Positions 48,732 to 58,536 are shown, counted from the first letter of the stretch. The stretch: DNA of 64,000 nucleotides from an uncultured bacterium (GCA_963749445.1 CAVVMJ010000010.1:43913-107912), one strand, 5' to 3'. Numbers and translations are program-made. The notes: generated from the sequence alone by a model not told the origin.

Positions 48732-50138
48732 TTACCCAATTATTCCGCCGCCAACGCACACTTTACCCTTATATAATACCAAACTCTGCCCCGAAGCGAC
48801 AGCTTTTTGGGGATCTTTAAAGGTTACGCGATAAAGGCCATTTTTAATTTTGTCGATAGTTAGCGGCACCAGTTGGCCCTGGTGGCGGTAGCGGCCAACT
48901 AGGGCTAAGGGTCTAGGGCTAAGAGCTAAGTCGCTTTTGCTTAGCCCTATAACCTTAGCGCTTAGCCCTGTTTGCCCAATCCAGTTCACGCTATAAATTT
49001 GTACTTCTTTCGTCATCAGATTTTCGTCATCCGGATTATTTGTAACGTACAACGCATTGCTCTTTAAATCTTTTCTTACCACATAATACGGCCCGCCGGC
49101 GCCAACATGAATTCCCTGCCGCTGGCCGATGGTATAGTTAAATAATCCCTGATGTTGGCCGATTATGTTTCCTGAAATTGCAAGTGCAGCCGACTTGTCC
49201 GCCGAAGCTTCAGCGAAGGTGGAAGCAATCCCGTCTTTTATGGGATTGCCACGTCGCCCCTCCGGTGCAGTCGGGGCTCCTCGCAATTTCAAATCAGAAG
49301 AAACAAGAACAATCGGACCCGGTTTTGGCTTTAACCTCTGTTCCAAAAAATCTTTTAATCTTATCTTGCCGACAAAGCACAGTCCCATACTCTCTTTTTT
49401 CTCGGCGTTGGGCAGATCGATTTTCCGCGCCAGCGCGCGCACCGCCGATTTTTTCATCCCGCCGATGGGAAACAACAAATGCGGCAGCTGGTGGGTTTTG
49501 ATGTTATAGATAAAGTAGGTCTGGTCTTTAAATTCGTCGATACTGCGCATAAGACCATACCTAACTCCAACCTCCTCCCCCGCCTGACGGCGGGTACTCC
49601 TCCTTAAAAAGGAGGAGAGCTCCGCGGAGCCGCCAAGAACATCTGCAGAGCCTCCCCTCCTGCCAAGGAGGGGCGTCTGCGAAGCAGACGGGGTGGTATG
49701 AATCTGCGCGTAATGGCCGGTGGCCAAATAATCAAATCCGTTTTGCATTGCCCAGTTATACAAAAGTTTGAACTTGATTTCCTTATTGCACATCACGTCC
49801 GGGTTGGGGGTGAGGCCTTTTTTGTATTGGTCAAAAAAATAACGCATCACGTTTTTTTGGTACTGTTTTTCAAAATCCAAAGTATGCAGCGGAATTCGCA
49901 AAAACGCGGCCACGCGCAGCGCGTCCTGGCGATCTATTAGCCACGGACATTCGTTTTTTAAAAGCCCGGCCGTGGAAGACCAATTCTTCATAAACGCGGC
50001 CTCAACTTCGTAGCCCTGCTTAATCAGCAAATACGCCGAAACCGCGGAATCAATCCCGCCTGACAGGGCGATTAAAACTTTTCGTTTCTTAACTCCCCCT
50101 CTTTTGAAAAGAGAGGGCTGGGGGAAGTTCTTTTTCAT
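48732..50138 (-). CDS. mnmA: tRNA 2-thiouridylase with four repeat-derived insertions
   Basis: SGGIDS, TPNPDVMCN, ATGHYA, KDQTYF, ESMGLCFVG, YTIGQR, GQS. Confidence 0.96.
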   Translation of the reverse strand: MKKNFPQPSLFKRGGVKKRKVLIALSGGIDSAVSAYLLIKQGYEVEAAFMKNWSSTAGLLKNECPWLIDRQDALRVAAFLRIPLHTLDFEKQYQKNVMRYFFDQYKKGLTPNPDVMCNKEIKFKLLYNWAMQNGFDYLATGHYAQIHTTPSASQTPLLGRRGGSADVLGGSAELSSFLRRSTRRQAGEEVGVRYGLMRSIDEFKDQTYFIYNIKTHQLPHLLFPIGGMKKSAVRALARKIDLPNAEKKESMGLCFVGKIRLKDFLEQRLKPKPGPIVLVSSDLKLRGAPTAPEGRRGNPIKDGIASTFAEASADKSAALAISGNIIGQHQGLFNYTIGQRQGIHVGAGGPYYVVRKDLKSNALYVTNNPDDENLMTKEVQIYSVNWIGQTGLSAKVIGLSKSDLALSPRPLALVGRYRHQGQLVPLTIDKIKNGLYRVTFKDPQKAVASGQSLVLYKGKVCVGGGIIG

Positions 50139-50175
50139 CCCGCTGATTATAGCAAAATTAAACAGAAAAATCTAT

Positions 50176-50211
50176 GTCTTATATAACGTGCGGCCGCACG
50201 TTATATAAGAC
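50176..50211. repeat. orphan 36-bp perfect GG|CC palindrome
   Basis: GTCTTATATAACGTGCGG|CCGCACGTTATATAAGAC. Confidence 0.92.
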
Positions 50212-50268
50212 TAATAAAAAAACCCACTGCCACACGGCGACGTATGGCAGTAGGAAAACCCAAGCTTT

Positions 50269-51009
50269 CTATCTGGTAAACTTTAACAATTCTTGATGAA
50301 CTTTGCCGTTGGTAATAAGCGCGCCGTTGACTTGCCTATCATACCGTTGTTCCCTGCCATAGCGGTCTGTGACCTTACCGCCGGCCTCTTCCACGATAAT
50401 TTCTAACGCCGCCACGTCGTGGGCATTTTTGCCGGGATAACAAGTCGCGTTCAGCTCCCCGCAGGCAACCATGACCCCTTCATAACAAATGCACCACAGG
50501 CAAATTGCCTGAACTTTTGGATAATAATATTTCGCAATTTTGGTCATTCCCCTGTTGCTCCAGCCGATGACCCCGCTTTTCATATTCAAATTATTAACGC
50601 GGATTTTTTTGCCGTTTAAAGTCGCGCCTTTGCCAAGCTCGGCAAAAAACATCCGGTCCATAATCGGATCGTACACAACGCCCAAAATCGGTTTGCCGTC
50701 TTTAACCAGGGCCAAAGAAAAAACAAAAGTCGGGATAGCATGGGAAAACGGCACCGTGCCGTCCACCGGATCGCAGACCCACAAATATTCACCATGGTTT
50801 GATCTGTAACTTTCTTCCTCCCCCAACACATCGTGGCCGGGAAAATTCTTTTTAACCGCTTCAATGACCATTTTGTTGACCGCAACATCCGTTTTGGTTA
50901 CCGGCGAACCGTCCGCCTTAAACTTCTTTTCCATCCCGGCTTTAAAATCCTTCCGGATAATCTCTCCGGCCTGCTTGGCGATTTTGATGGCAAATTTTTT
51001 GTAAGTCAT
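50269..51009 (-). CDS. inositol monophosphatase family protein
   Basis: GEE, WVCDPVDGT, HDVAA..IVEEAGG. Confidence 0.92.
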   Translation of the reverse strand: MTYKKFAIKIAKQAGEIIRKDFKAGMEKKFKADGSPVTKTDVAVNKMVIEAVKKNFPGHDVLGEEESYRSNHGEYLWVCDPVDGTVPFSHAIPTFVFSLALVKDGKPILGVVYDPIMDRMFFAELGKGATLNGKKIRVNNLNMKSGVIGWSNRGMTKIAKYYYPKVQAICLWCICYEGVMVACGELNATCYPGKNAHDVAALEIIVEEAGGKVTDRYGREQRYDRQVNGALITNGKVHQELLKFTR

Positions 51010-51059
51010 AAAATCATTGGTAAAAGAGATCCCGCTCGTTCAGGGTGACGCCCCTGGTG

Positions 51060-51788
51060 TCATTTGTTCACGTACTGCTGCGCCTGCTGGAGCAAGCCGT
51101 TTAAGTCAGAAGCCTGCAGCTCGTGGCCGTTAAAAAAATAACTCGGCGTGCCCTGCAAATTTAAACCCAGCGCCTGGTTGTTGTCGTTCTCTATGGCGGG
51201 CAGGTATTTTTTCCCGGTTACGTCATTTTTAAATTGATTGATGTCGGAAACGCCGACGGTTTGGGCGTACTGGGCAAAGGTGTCCAGCGGATCGCCTAGA
51301 CCTTCCCAATCGGATTGTTTTTGGAAAAGGATGTCGTGCATTTCCCAATATTTTCCCTGCGCTCCGGCGGCTTCCGCGGCCATGGCCGATTCCACCGAAT
51401 TGGCGTGGATTTGCACCAGCGGAAAATAACGGAACACGAACACGGTGTCGGGAAATTTGTCCGGCACCTGCTTAAGCTCGACGCTGGCCGCGGCGCAGGA
51501 TGGGCACTGAAAATCAGCGTACTCGATTAGGACATTTTTGGCCTTGGCGTTGCCCAAATAATGATCCGCGGCCGGGTCAAAAGCCGGCACAGCCGAAAGC
51601 GGTTTGGCGCCGGAAGTGTCCAAGCTGGCGTTGTAAGAAGACGTGTTCCCCGTGCCGGTTTGCGTATTCGGCGAAATCTTGAGCAGGTAATATCCAAAAC
51701 CCAAAATCACCACCAAAATGATTATAATCGTAATAATTTTTTTTGCGCCCGATGACGATCCGCCGTCGGCGGGATTAAAATTTGCCAT
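51060..51788 (-). CDS. DsbA-family thioredoxin-fold protein
   Basis: EYADFQCPSC, FRYFPL, GTP. Confidence 0.9.
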   Translation of the reverse strand: MANFNPADGGSSSGAKKIITIIIILVVILGFGYYLLKISPNTQTGTGNTSSYNASLDTSGAKPLSAVPAFDPAADHYLGNAKAKNVLIEYADFQCPSCAAASVELKQVPDKFPDTVFVFRYFPLVQIHANSVESAMAAEAAGAQGKYWEMHDILFQKQSDWEGLGDPLDTFAQYAQTVGVSDINQFKNDVTGKKYLPAIENDNNQALGLNLQGTPSYFFNGHELQASDLNGLLQQAQQYVNK

Positions 51789-51818
51789 ATCTTGATGTTA
51801 GTTGTTAATCGTAAATTG

Positions 51819-52784
51819 TTAATTGTTTCCGCCAAAGGCGGATCCGCCTCCGGCGGAAATTGTGGATACCGCCGTGCTCGTGCCCAAAACTGTCTGACCC
51901 GAATTCAGCCACGCCAGGGCTTTGGCCTCTTGCGCCAGGCCGGCCAGAAGTTTAGTTTCCGCAAACGCCGTGTACAAATGCTGTTCGCCCAAAACCACAA
52001 TGGCCAGTTCCTGGCCGCCGGAGTAAACCAGCGAAGCAAAATTGTAACCGGATTGATCAAGGTAGCCGGTTTTGGCGCCGATGATCTGAACATCGCCGTC
52101 CGACAGCAGCTTGTCAGTATTCTTAATAGTCTGATTATAGCGGGGATTGTTGGTGGAGCGCAACGCGTAAGATTGCAGCACCGCAATGTTGGCCAAATAA
52201 GAATTTTCAAACGCGGCTTTGACAATAGCGGCGTAATCGGCCGCGGTAATGGTGTTGCCGGGATCCATACCCGTGGGTTCGTTAAAATGGGTTTGCGTGG
52301 CTCCCAAAACAGCCGCTTTTTCGTTCATGCGCGCTGCAAATTCTTCGGCAGACAAACCGGTGCTGCGTGCCAAAGCCGCGGCCGCGTTATTGGCCGAAGG
52401 CATCAACGCGGCGTGGAATAAGCCGTCCACCGTAAATTTGACGCCGGGCTTAACTTTAATACAAGCGCCGCCGCTGCTGCATCCGCCCGCGACTTGGTCG
52501 GCTGCGGTCATGGCCACGGTTTTTTTAAGGTTCGGGTTGGTATCCAAAACCACTAAAGCCGTGACCAGCTTGGTCAGACTGGCCGGCACCCAAGGTTCGC
52601 CGGAATTTTTGTTGACCAACACCTGGCCGCTTTGCGCGTCAACCACCACGTAACTCTGCGCGTTAAACCCGGCCATGTCCGCCAGCTCGTTAATGCTGGT
52701 CGGCAGCTGCAAGGCCAAGGTGAAAGTTGGAAACGTTAACAGTAAAACCGCAACTCCTGCAATTATTTTCGTTTTTTTGATCAT
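51819..52784 (-). CDS. D-alanyl-D-alanine carboxypeptidase/endopeptidase (S11)
   Basis: PASLTK, SAN, KTG. Confidence 0.92.
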   Translation of the reverse strand: MIKKTKIIAGVAVLLLTFPTFTLALQLPTSINELADMAGFNAQSYVVVDAQSGQVLVNKNSGEPWVPASLTKLVTALVVLDTNPNLKKTVAMTAADQVAGGCSSGGACIKVKPGVKFTVDGLFHAALMPSANNAAAALARSTGLSAEEFAARMNEKAAVLGATQTHFNEPTGMDPGNTITAADYAAIVKAAFENSYLANIAVLQSYALRSTNNPRYNQTIKNTDKLLSDGDVQIIGAKTGYLDQSGYNFASLVYSGGQELAIVVLGEQHLYTAFAETKLLAGLAQEAKALAWLNSGQTVLGTSTAVSTISAGGGSAFGGNN

Positions 52785-52851
52785 TATTTTGTATTAAGAA
52801 GTACGGCAACTTTCTCCCTTAACTCTTAACTCCTAATTCTTAACTCTTGTC

Positions 52852-53133
52852 TTACTCTTTCATCATATTGCCGAACTTGCTTTGCAGCATTTTTTTATGA
52901 TGCTTAAACAAATCCTCCAGGGCCGAGCGAATGTGCCGCGCGATTTCGCTTTTGTCGCCGGCAATGTCCGGGCTGACTTCCACGCTTTTAACGTTTTGGT
53001 TGCCGTCAATGATTAAAACGATTTTGCCGCCGGACGATTTGCCGCTCACGGTTTCCACTGCCAACAGGCTTTCCATCTGCTTGGCCTGCTTGCGCATTTC
53101 GTTAATATCCTTTAACTTGTCAAAAATTCCCAT
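52852..53133 (-). CDS. YbaB/EbfC nucleoid-associated protein
   Basis: GKSSGGKIVLIIDGNQ.VKSV. Confidence 0.85.
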   Translation of the reverse strand: MGIFDKLKDINEMRKQAKQMESLLAVETVSGKSSGGKIVLIIDGNQNVKSVEVSPDIAGDKSEIARHIRSALEDLFKHHKKMLQSKFGNMMKE

Positions 53134-53223
53134 AAAATAATTTTTTAATGACAATTCATTTCATTATAGCAAAATTTTGGGATAAATAAAATAGCCGTCC
53201 GCTTGCAGCAGATACGGCGACTA

Positions 53224-54093
53224 TCAGGACGCGCAGGCGTTAAAAGCCTGCACCCCAGCGTTATACTGTCCGGTGTCCTGCTTTAGCAAATCAACCTTAT
53301 TATTATAAATGTTCACCAAGTCGTTATATTGCGCGACGAGCTGGTTATACTGGTTGGCCTGCTGCTGGTTTTGCGGCTCAGGCGAACTGTCAATCTGGCT
53401 TTTGAGCGCCTGGAGCTGGGGCAAAATTGAGTCCACGTCGGACTTTAAACTGTCAATCTGGCTTTTGAGAACCGCGTCAACTTGCGGACAGCTTGACAAA
53501 GGTTTGCCGAATTCCTGCACCGCCAGCCACGTCTGCTTGCCTTCAAACTGCCCCTGGCCCACGGCCGCGCCGATTTCCTGGTACTTAATATTTAAAATAT
53601 TGGCGCGATGGCCCGGGCTGTTCATCCAGGCGTCCACTAAAGCGGCGTCGTCTTTAAAGTTGCCTAAAGCCAGATTTTCGCCGATGATGACATATTGGTA
53701 GCCCGCGGCCTTGGCCTGGTCCGCCGGCCCTTTGCCGTCCGGCGAAACGTGCTCAAAATACTGCCGCGCGAACATGTCAGCCAGTTTATTTTGCGCGTCT
53801 TGATCCAATTTTTGATTTTCTATTAATGGCGGTAAATTGCCGTTTTGCTGCCGCGCCTGGTTGGTAAAATTAATCACGCCGGCACGGGTTAAAAAAGCGT
53901 CGGGACTGTCCTGGGTGCCGCGCAAAGCGCCGCCGTTTAAGACCTGTTGCTTTAAATCCTGCACGGCCTGGTTATTTTGGATAATCTGCACCAGTTGTGG
54001 GCTTTTTTTGACCAACGATTCCAGCTGCGGCCAAAACAGCGCCGCCGCGGCGCCTAAAACTGCCAAGCCGATAATAAAAAAAACTTTTTTCAT
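53224..54093 (-). CDS. CAP/SCP domain protein with coiled-coil tail
   Basis: YFEH, GENLA, WMNSPGHRANIL. Confidence 0.9.
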   Translation of the reverse strand: MKKVFFIIGLAVLGAAAALFWPQLESLVKKSPQLVQIIQNNQAVQDLKQQVLNGGALRGTQDSPDAFLTRAGVINFTNQARQQNGNLPPLIENQKLDQDAQNKLADMFARQYFEHVSPDGKGPADQAKAAGYQYVIIGENLALGNFKDDAALVDAWMNSPGHRANILNIKYQEIGAAVGQGQFEGKQTWLAVQEFGKPLSSCPQVDAVLKSQIDSLKSDVDSILPQLQALKSQIDSSPEPQNQQQANQYNQLVAQYNDLVNIYNNKVDLLKQDTGQYNAGVQAFNACAS

Positions 54094-54111
54094 AAAAACT
54101 TTTCTTATGGC

Positions 54112-54393
54112 TTACTGGCAAAAATGGTTTTGGCAGGTTTGGCCGGCTGGGCATTCGTTACTGGCCACACATTCGCGGGCTACGGTCTGTTCAATGAACA
54201 TCCTGCCGCCGGGAGCCCCGCACTGCCTGGGATAACTTTGCATTACCGGATAGCCGGCTGCCGCGCACTCCTGGAAATTGCTGATTTTCGGCAATGGGGG
54301 ATTTTTTGACTTAAAAAAAATAATCACGGCTGCGGCCGCCAACAAAACCAAAAAAATTCCCGAATAAATTCTGACGTCACTGCGGATTTCCAT
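54112..54393 (-). CDS. small Cys-rich membrane-anchored protein
   Basis: ISNFQECAAAGYPVMQSYPRQC, ECVASNECPAGQTC. Confidence 0.75.
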   Translation of the reverse strand: MEIRSDVRIYSGIFLVLLAAAAVIIFFKSKNPPLPKISNFQECAAAGYPVMQSYPRQCGAPGGRMFIEQTVARECVASNECPAGQTCQNHFCQ

Positions 54394-55078
54394 AATTTGC
54401 GATGTTAATTGCCAAACCCGGATTGTTGGTTATAATGCCGGTTATTTCCGGCCGCTGTAACAGCCGGCGGATCATTTTAGGATCATCAACCGTCCAAACC
54501 CACACGGCATGATGCTTTAAAGGAAATAGTTTATAAAATTTATATGCCCAATGCTTATAACTCAAAGACAGGTCATCAAATTGCCGGCTGAATTTCCTCA
54601 CAAAAATTAACTTTAAGATGCCAAACCATTCATGGGGATAGGTACCCAGGATCAGGCCGATTTTTATTTGCGGATAAAGCCGCTTAAGTTCGGCCAGATT
54701 CTTGGCGGAAAATGAAGTGACCAGCAAATCGTCAGCAACAAAATTCTTCGTCAAAATTTCCCCGACCAAATTTTCATAACCGCCTTCCTTTAACTCTACG
54801 TTTAGTTTGATTTTTCCGCGGCACAAATCCAAAACCTCTTTAAGGGTTGGAATTTGATGCTGCGATAAATCTGATAATTCCTGATAACCTAAGTCGCAAA
54901 TTAATTTTCCGCGATAAATTGGATCGTGCGCGGCCACCAAAACACCGTCTCTGGTCTTCCGGACATCCAGCTCAATCATGTCCGCGCCGATTTCTATGGC
55001 TTTTTGGAAAGCTTTGATGGTGTTTTCCGGCGCAAGATTGGACGCGCCCCTATGCGCGACAATTAATTTTTTAGCCAT
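54377..55078 (-). CDS. glycerophosphodiester phosphodiesterase
   Basis: AHRGAS..PENT, ELDV, HD, VWTVD. Confidence 0.93.
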   Translation of the reverse strand: MAKKLIVAHRGASNLAPENTIKAFQKAIEIGADMIELDVRKTRDGVLVAAHDPIYRGKLICDLGYQELSDLSQHQIPTLKEVLDLCRGKIKLNVELKEGGYENLVGEILTKNFVADDLLVTSFSAKNLAELKRLYPQIKIGLILGTYPHEWFGILKLIFVRKFSRQFDDLSLSYKHWAYKFYKLFPLKHHAVWVWTVDDPKMIRRLLQRPEITGIITNNPGLAINIANYGNPQ

Positions 55079-55221
55079 ACTTTTATTATAGCTTGTCCAC
55101 CCCGGAACCCCGGACTCCGATCCGGGGTATCCGGGGTCCAGGTAAAAGCCTATATCTGGATCCCGGATATTTTTTGCGGCTTATAATAATCGTCAACGCA
55201 AAAAATTCCGGGATGGAACCT

Positions 55222-55635
55222 TCAAAGATTAGCTACCCCGTTATCAACCAGCTCCTTGAAAAAGCTGTCCAAAATAGAAATGTCCATTGTTTTTATTTCT
55301 CCCGAGCTAAACCATTTGGCTTCCAGATGATCATCGTCAATCACCGGCTGACCGTCAAGCTCGCCAATGTAAGTCAAACGCACCACATGCTTATCGGTTG
55401 ACTTTAGAATATCCTGCGCCGCGACTAACTTAGGGTTGCCGATGTAGTCCAACCCGACCTCTTCTTTTATCTCCCGCTTCAAATTATCCAAAAGCGGCGA
55501 GCCGGGATTAATTCGGCCGCCGACAATGTCCCACTTGGGTCCGACCTCGGGGTATTTTTTAGGGTTGCGCCGCACCAGCAAATATTTGCCGTCGCGATTT
55601 TTCAGCAGCGCCTTCACACCGACCTGAAGTTCCAT
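55222..55635 (-). CDS. NUDIX hydrolase
   Basis: WDIVGGRI..REIKEEVG. Confidence 0.88.
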   Translation of the reverse strand: MELQVGVKALLKNRDGKYLLVRRNPKKYPEVGPKWDIVGGRINPGSPLLDNLKREIKEEVGLDYIGNPKLVAAQDILKSTDKHVVRLTYIGELDGQPVIDDDHLEAKWFSSGEIKTMDISILDSFFKELVDNGVANL

Positions 55636-55641
55636 ATTATT

Positions 55642-56388
55642 TTAGTTCTCGCGTGAGTCTTTTATTTTTTTCAAATGTAAAAGTAAATCGGGGGCGTTGC
55701 AGTCAAAACCAATTTTTGCCGAACTGGCTAACTGTTTTTGTAAAACTAAAAGCCCTCTTTCGGCTTCCTGACGGTTTTTAGAATGCCATTGCGCGAATAA
55801 AACCCCTCCGTCATTTAACAACCTAAAACATTTTCTAAATTGAAAAAGCCAAAAATAATTACTTACATTAAAATCAGAAATCGCTCCCTCCATCCTTTCA
55901 TCTGCGAAATCCGCTTTGCCGTTCCCGTACTTTGCCAACCATGATTCAATGTCAGAAAAGCCTGTCTGCTCAAAAACATTAGCTTCAATAACATCATGAC
56001 CTCTAACTTCATCAGCCTCTTTTTCCATGCCTTTACGGGTATCCAAGAGTACTACGCCGAGAGTTCTTTTAAAAAACCCATCTGAAAACCCTCTGAATAA
56101 TTTTGAGCCCAAACCTCCCAACTCAATGCCTAAAGCCTGTCCTTGTCTGTCCTGCAATTCAGATTCAACATAGCTTTTTAAGCCTCTTTCTTTCAAAAAT
56201 ACCCTATAAGTGCTGCTAAAACTGCCTATTGGCTTGTCATAAATCGCCCATGGAGCATATATGCTAGATTTGTCCCGGGGATATTGAGTTTTTCTATCAC
56301 GCAGAAGATTGTGGGCTGCTTTTTGCTCCTCAACCCTATAATCAGCTTTCAAAATCTGGAACATCTCATGTAGTTTTTCTGAATCCAT
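55642..56388 (-). CDS. AT-rich hypothetical protein, possibly degenerate methyltransferase fold
   Basis: IELGGLG, LLNDGGVLF. Confidence 0.6.
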   Translation of the reverse strand: MDSEKLHEMFQILKADYRVEEQKAAHNLLRDRKTQYPRDKSSIYAPWAIYDKPIGSFSSTYRVFLKERGLKSYVESELQDRQGQALGIELGGLGSKLFRGFSDGFFKRTLGVVLLDTRKGMEKEADEVRGHDVIEANVFEQTGFSDIESWLAKYGNGKADFADERMEGAISDFNVSNYFWLFQFRKCFRLLNDGGVLFAQWHSKNRQEAERGLLVLQKQLASSAKIGFDCNAPDLLLHLKKIKDSREN

Positions 56389-56398
56389 ACACTCTTCC

Positions 56399-57691
56399 TC
56401 AACTTGATTTTAAATATAAAATCAAGTTTTCTTTATTTACTATTGATTCTACCGACGTTGCCAAGCTTTTGACTTTAAACTTTTCACTTTTAACTTCCTC
56501 TTCGCCGACCACCAGCACGTACGGGATTTTTTCCCTGTCCGCGGTTTTGACCTGGGCGGAAACTTTTTTATCGGTAAGGTCAACGGCCACATTCACCCCT
56601 TGCTTTCTAATGTAGTCTGCCAATTTATTGGCCTCTTCGATATATCCTTCAAGATGACAAATGTACAGTTTTACCGGCGGATGATATTCGGGCAACAAAT
56701 CATAAGTCTCCAAAAAATCCCGCGTGGTCACGTCGCCCCAACCAAAGCCGATGCCCGAAACTTTTTCCACGCCAAAAATCCCGACCAAATCATCGTACCT
56801 CCCGCCGCCGAACAACGCGCGGGGGTTTTTGGGATTGGTATCGTACATTTCAAACACCGTGCCGGTGTAATAGTCAAAGCCGCGGGTTAAAGGAAAGTGA
56901 AATTTGATATTTTTTATTCCCTTATCATTTAATATTTTAAATATTCCGATGAACGATTTTACTTCGGGATTATGTCCAAACTCTTTTACCATGTATTCCA
57001 TTGTCAAAGTTTGTATCAGCTTATCAAATTCAAACGCTTTCTCTCTTGACCCAACTATTTCCGACAGGGCATCAACAAACTTATTAGGATCCAATTTATC
57101 TGATTTATCCAACAATTTCATAAACTTATGTTCTTGTACTTCTGACCATTTGTGTAATTTTGCAAACTCTTTTAAAATTTTGCGGCTGTTTATTCTTATC
57201 TCAAAATTTTCATCCTTTGCCCCAAACGCCTTCATAATATCATAGGCGAGCGATATTATTTCCACATCAGCCTCAATTGAATCCACGCCGAACAAATCGC
57301 AGTTCAGCTGCCAGTGTTCGCGCAAACGGCCGCGCTGGGGGCGTTCGTAACGAAATAAGTTCGGGATAGAATACCAGCGCAAAGGAAAAGTTAATTCTTT
57401 GCGCTTTTGCGCCACCATACGAGCCACGGTTGGCGTCATCTCGGGACGAATGGTTACATCGCGACCGCCGCGATCAGTAAAAGAGTAAGTTTGCTCGTTG
57501 ACGATTTCCTCGCCGGTTTTAGCACGGTACAAATCCGTCTCTTCCAAAATAGACGCGCCGTATTCCAAATAACCGTAGCTTTCCGCCACTTTTTTCCATA
57601 TTGAAAAAATGTAATTTTGCACGAACTGGTCCTGCGGATAAAAATCCCTCGTGCCTTTGTAGGGCTCCAAACTTAACTTTTTTTGTGTCAT
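56399..57691 (-). CDS. hisS: histidine--tRNA ligase
   Basis: KGTRDF, RPEMTP, FRYERPQRGRLREH, RGFDYYTG, GGGRYD. Confidence 0.97.
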   Translation of the reverse strand: MTQKKLSLEPYKGTRDFYPQDQFVQNYIFSIWKKVAESYGYLEYGASILEETDLYRAKTGEEIVNEQTYSFTDRGGRDVTIRPEMTPTVARMVAQKRKELTFPLRWYSIPNLFRYERPQRGRLREHWQLNCDLFGVDSIEADVEIISLAYDIMKAFGAKDENFEIRINSRKILKEFAKLHKWSEVQEHKFMKLLDKSDKLDPNKFVDALSEIVGSREKAFEFDKLIQTLTMEYMVKEFGHNPEVKSFIGIFKILNDKGIKNIKFHFPLTRGFDYYTGTVFEMYDTNPKNPRALFGGGRYDDLVGIFGVEKVSGIGFGWGDVTTRDFLETYDLLPEYHPPVKLYICHLEGYIEEANKLADYIRKQGVNVAVDLTDKKVSAQVKTADREKIPYVLVVGEEEVKSEKFKVKSLATSVESIVNKENLILYLKSS

Positions 57692-57774
57692 AATGAAAAA
57701 TCCTTACTTAAAATATAGCAAAGATAAGGATTTTTTACAATGATTGATGTCACGACGTTGTTGCTTAGGAAAAC

Positions 57775-57930
57775 TGCGGAGCATTCCCCTCCTATTCCCA
57801 GAATATCATCAGAATATAGGAGGGGTGTCGCCCGCAGGGTGACAGGGTGGTAAATACAGGTTGCCGATGTCTACCACCTCCCCCTGCTAGTGCAGGGTAC
57901 TCCTCCTGTTCCAGGAGGAGAGGCTCCGCA
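57775..57930. repeat. intergenic bipartite multi-hairpin element, same family as the dus/mnmA insertions
   Basis: GCGGAGC..CCCCTCC..GGAGGGG..GGTGGTA / TACCACC..GTACTCCTCC..GGAGGAGAGGCTCCGC. Confidence 0.85.
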
Positions 57931-57956
57931 TATACCCCTATACTGAACAATTTCAG

Positions 57957-58208
57957 CTACTGCGCCGTCACATCTTTGCAGAAAAACTTCTGCGCGCCCA
58001 ACGCCAGCCAGGCAACCGCAAGAATCCCTGTGGAAGCCACACTCAGCCACAAATGCAGGGTGAAATACACAACCGTGTAAATAAGCAAAACACCACCGGT
58101 TAAAACGCTGGTGGAAACAGGCGGTTTGTCTTTGCCAAACAGCGAAGGAAACAAGGCAAAAATAAAAACCCACGAACCCACGGACAACACAACATCTTGC
58201 CAACTCAT
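57957..58208 (-). CDS. small 3-TM membrane protein
   Basis: 83 aa, hydrophobic, ALFPS. Confidence 0.7.
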   Translation of the reverse strand: MSWQDVVLSVGSWVFIFALFPSLFGKDKPPVSTSVLTGGVLLIYTVVYFTLHLWLSVASTGILAVAWLALGAQKFFCKDVTAQ

Positions 58209-58266
58209 ATTTTTAAAATATAATTTTTTTGACCGCTATACTAAACTATAGCGATATTTATTGATG

Positions 58267-58458
58267 TTACTTTTTGTGCTGCGGTTTACAATTTCTGAAC
58301 CCTTCGCGCTTATCCCGCATGGCTTTAATTTTACTTTTGGACAGGGACGTCCAGGCTAAAACGCCGATAGCGGTAAAAACCGCCTCCCTTTCTTCATCTT
58401 CAAGCTGATCTTTATCCAACAACTTCATTAAGATTGTGGAAGCTTTTTGATGGTCCAT
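58267..58458 (-). CDS. small hypothetical protein
   Basis: MDHQKAS.., TGTTATAAT 9 nt upstream. Confidence 0.55.
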   Translation of the reverse strand: MDHQKASTILMKLLDKDQLEDEEREAVFTAIGVLAWTSLSKSKIKAMRDKREGFRNCKPQHKK

Positions 58459-58536
58459 AACGATTGTATTATAACACTCCCGACAACAAATTGATAAATT
58501 GCCCAAAATCTTGTACTATTATTACAGTTTAAGCAA

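Noticed and set aside
37624-49698. Inteins or group I/II introns in dus and mnmA
   Set aside because: Inserts are only about 120-150 bp, lack intein terminal residues and intron core motifs, and match intergenic repeats
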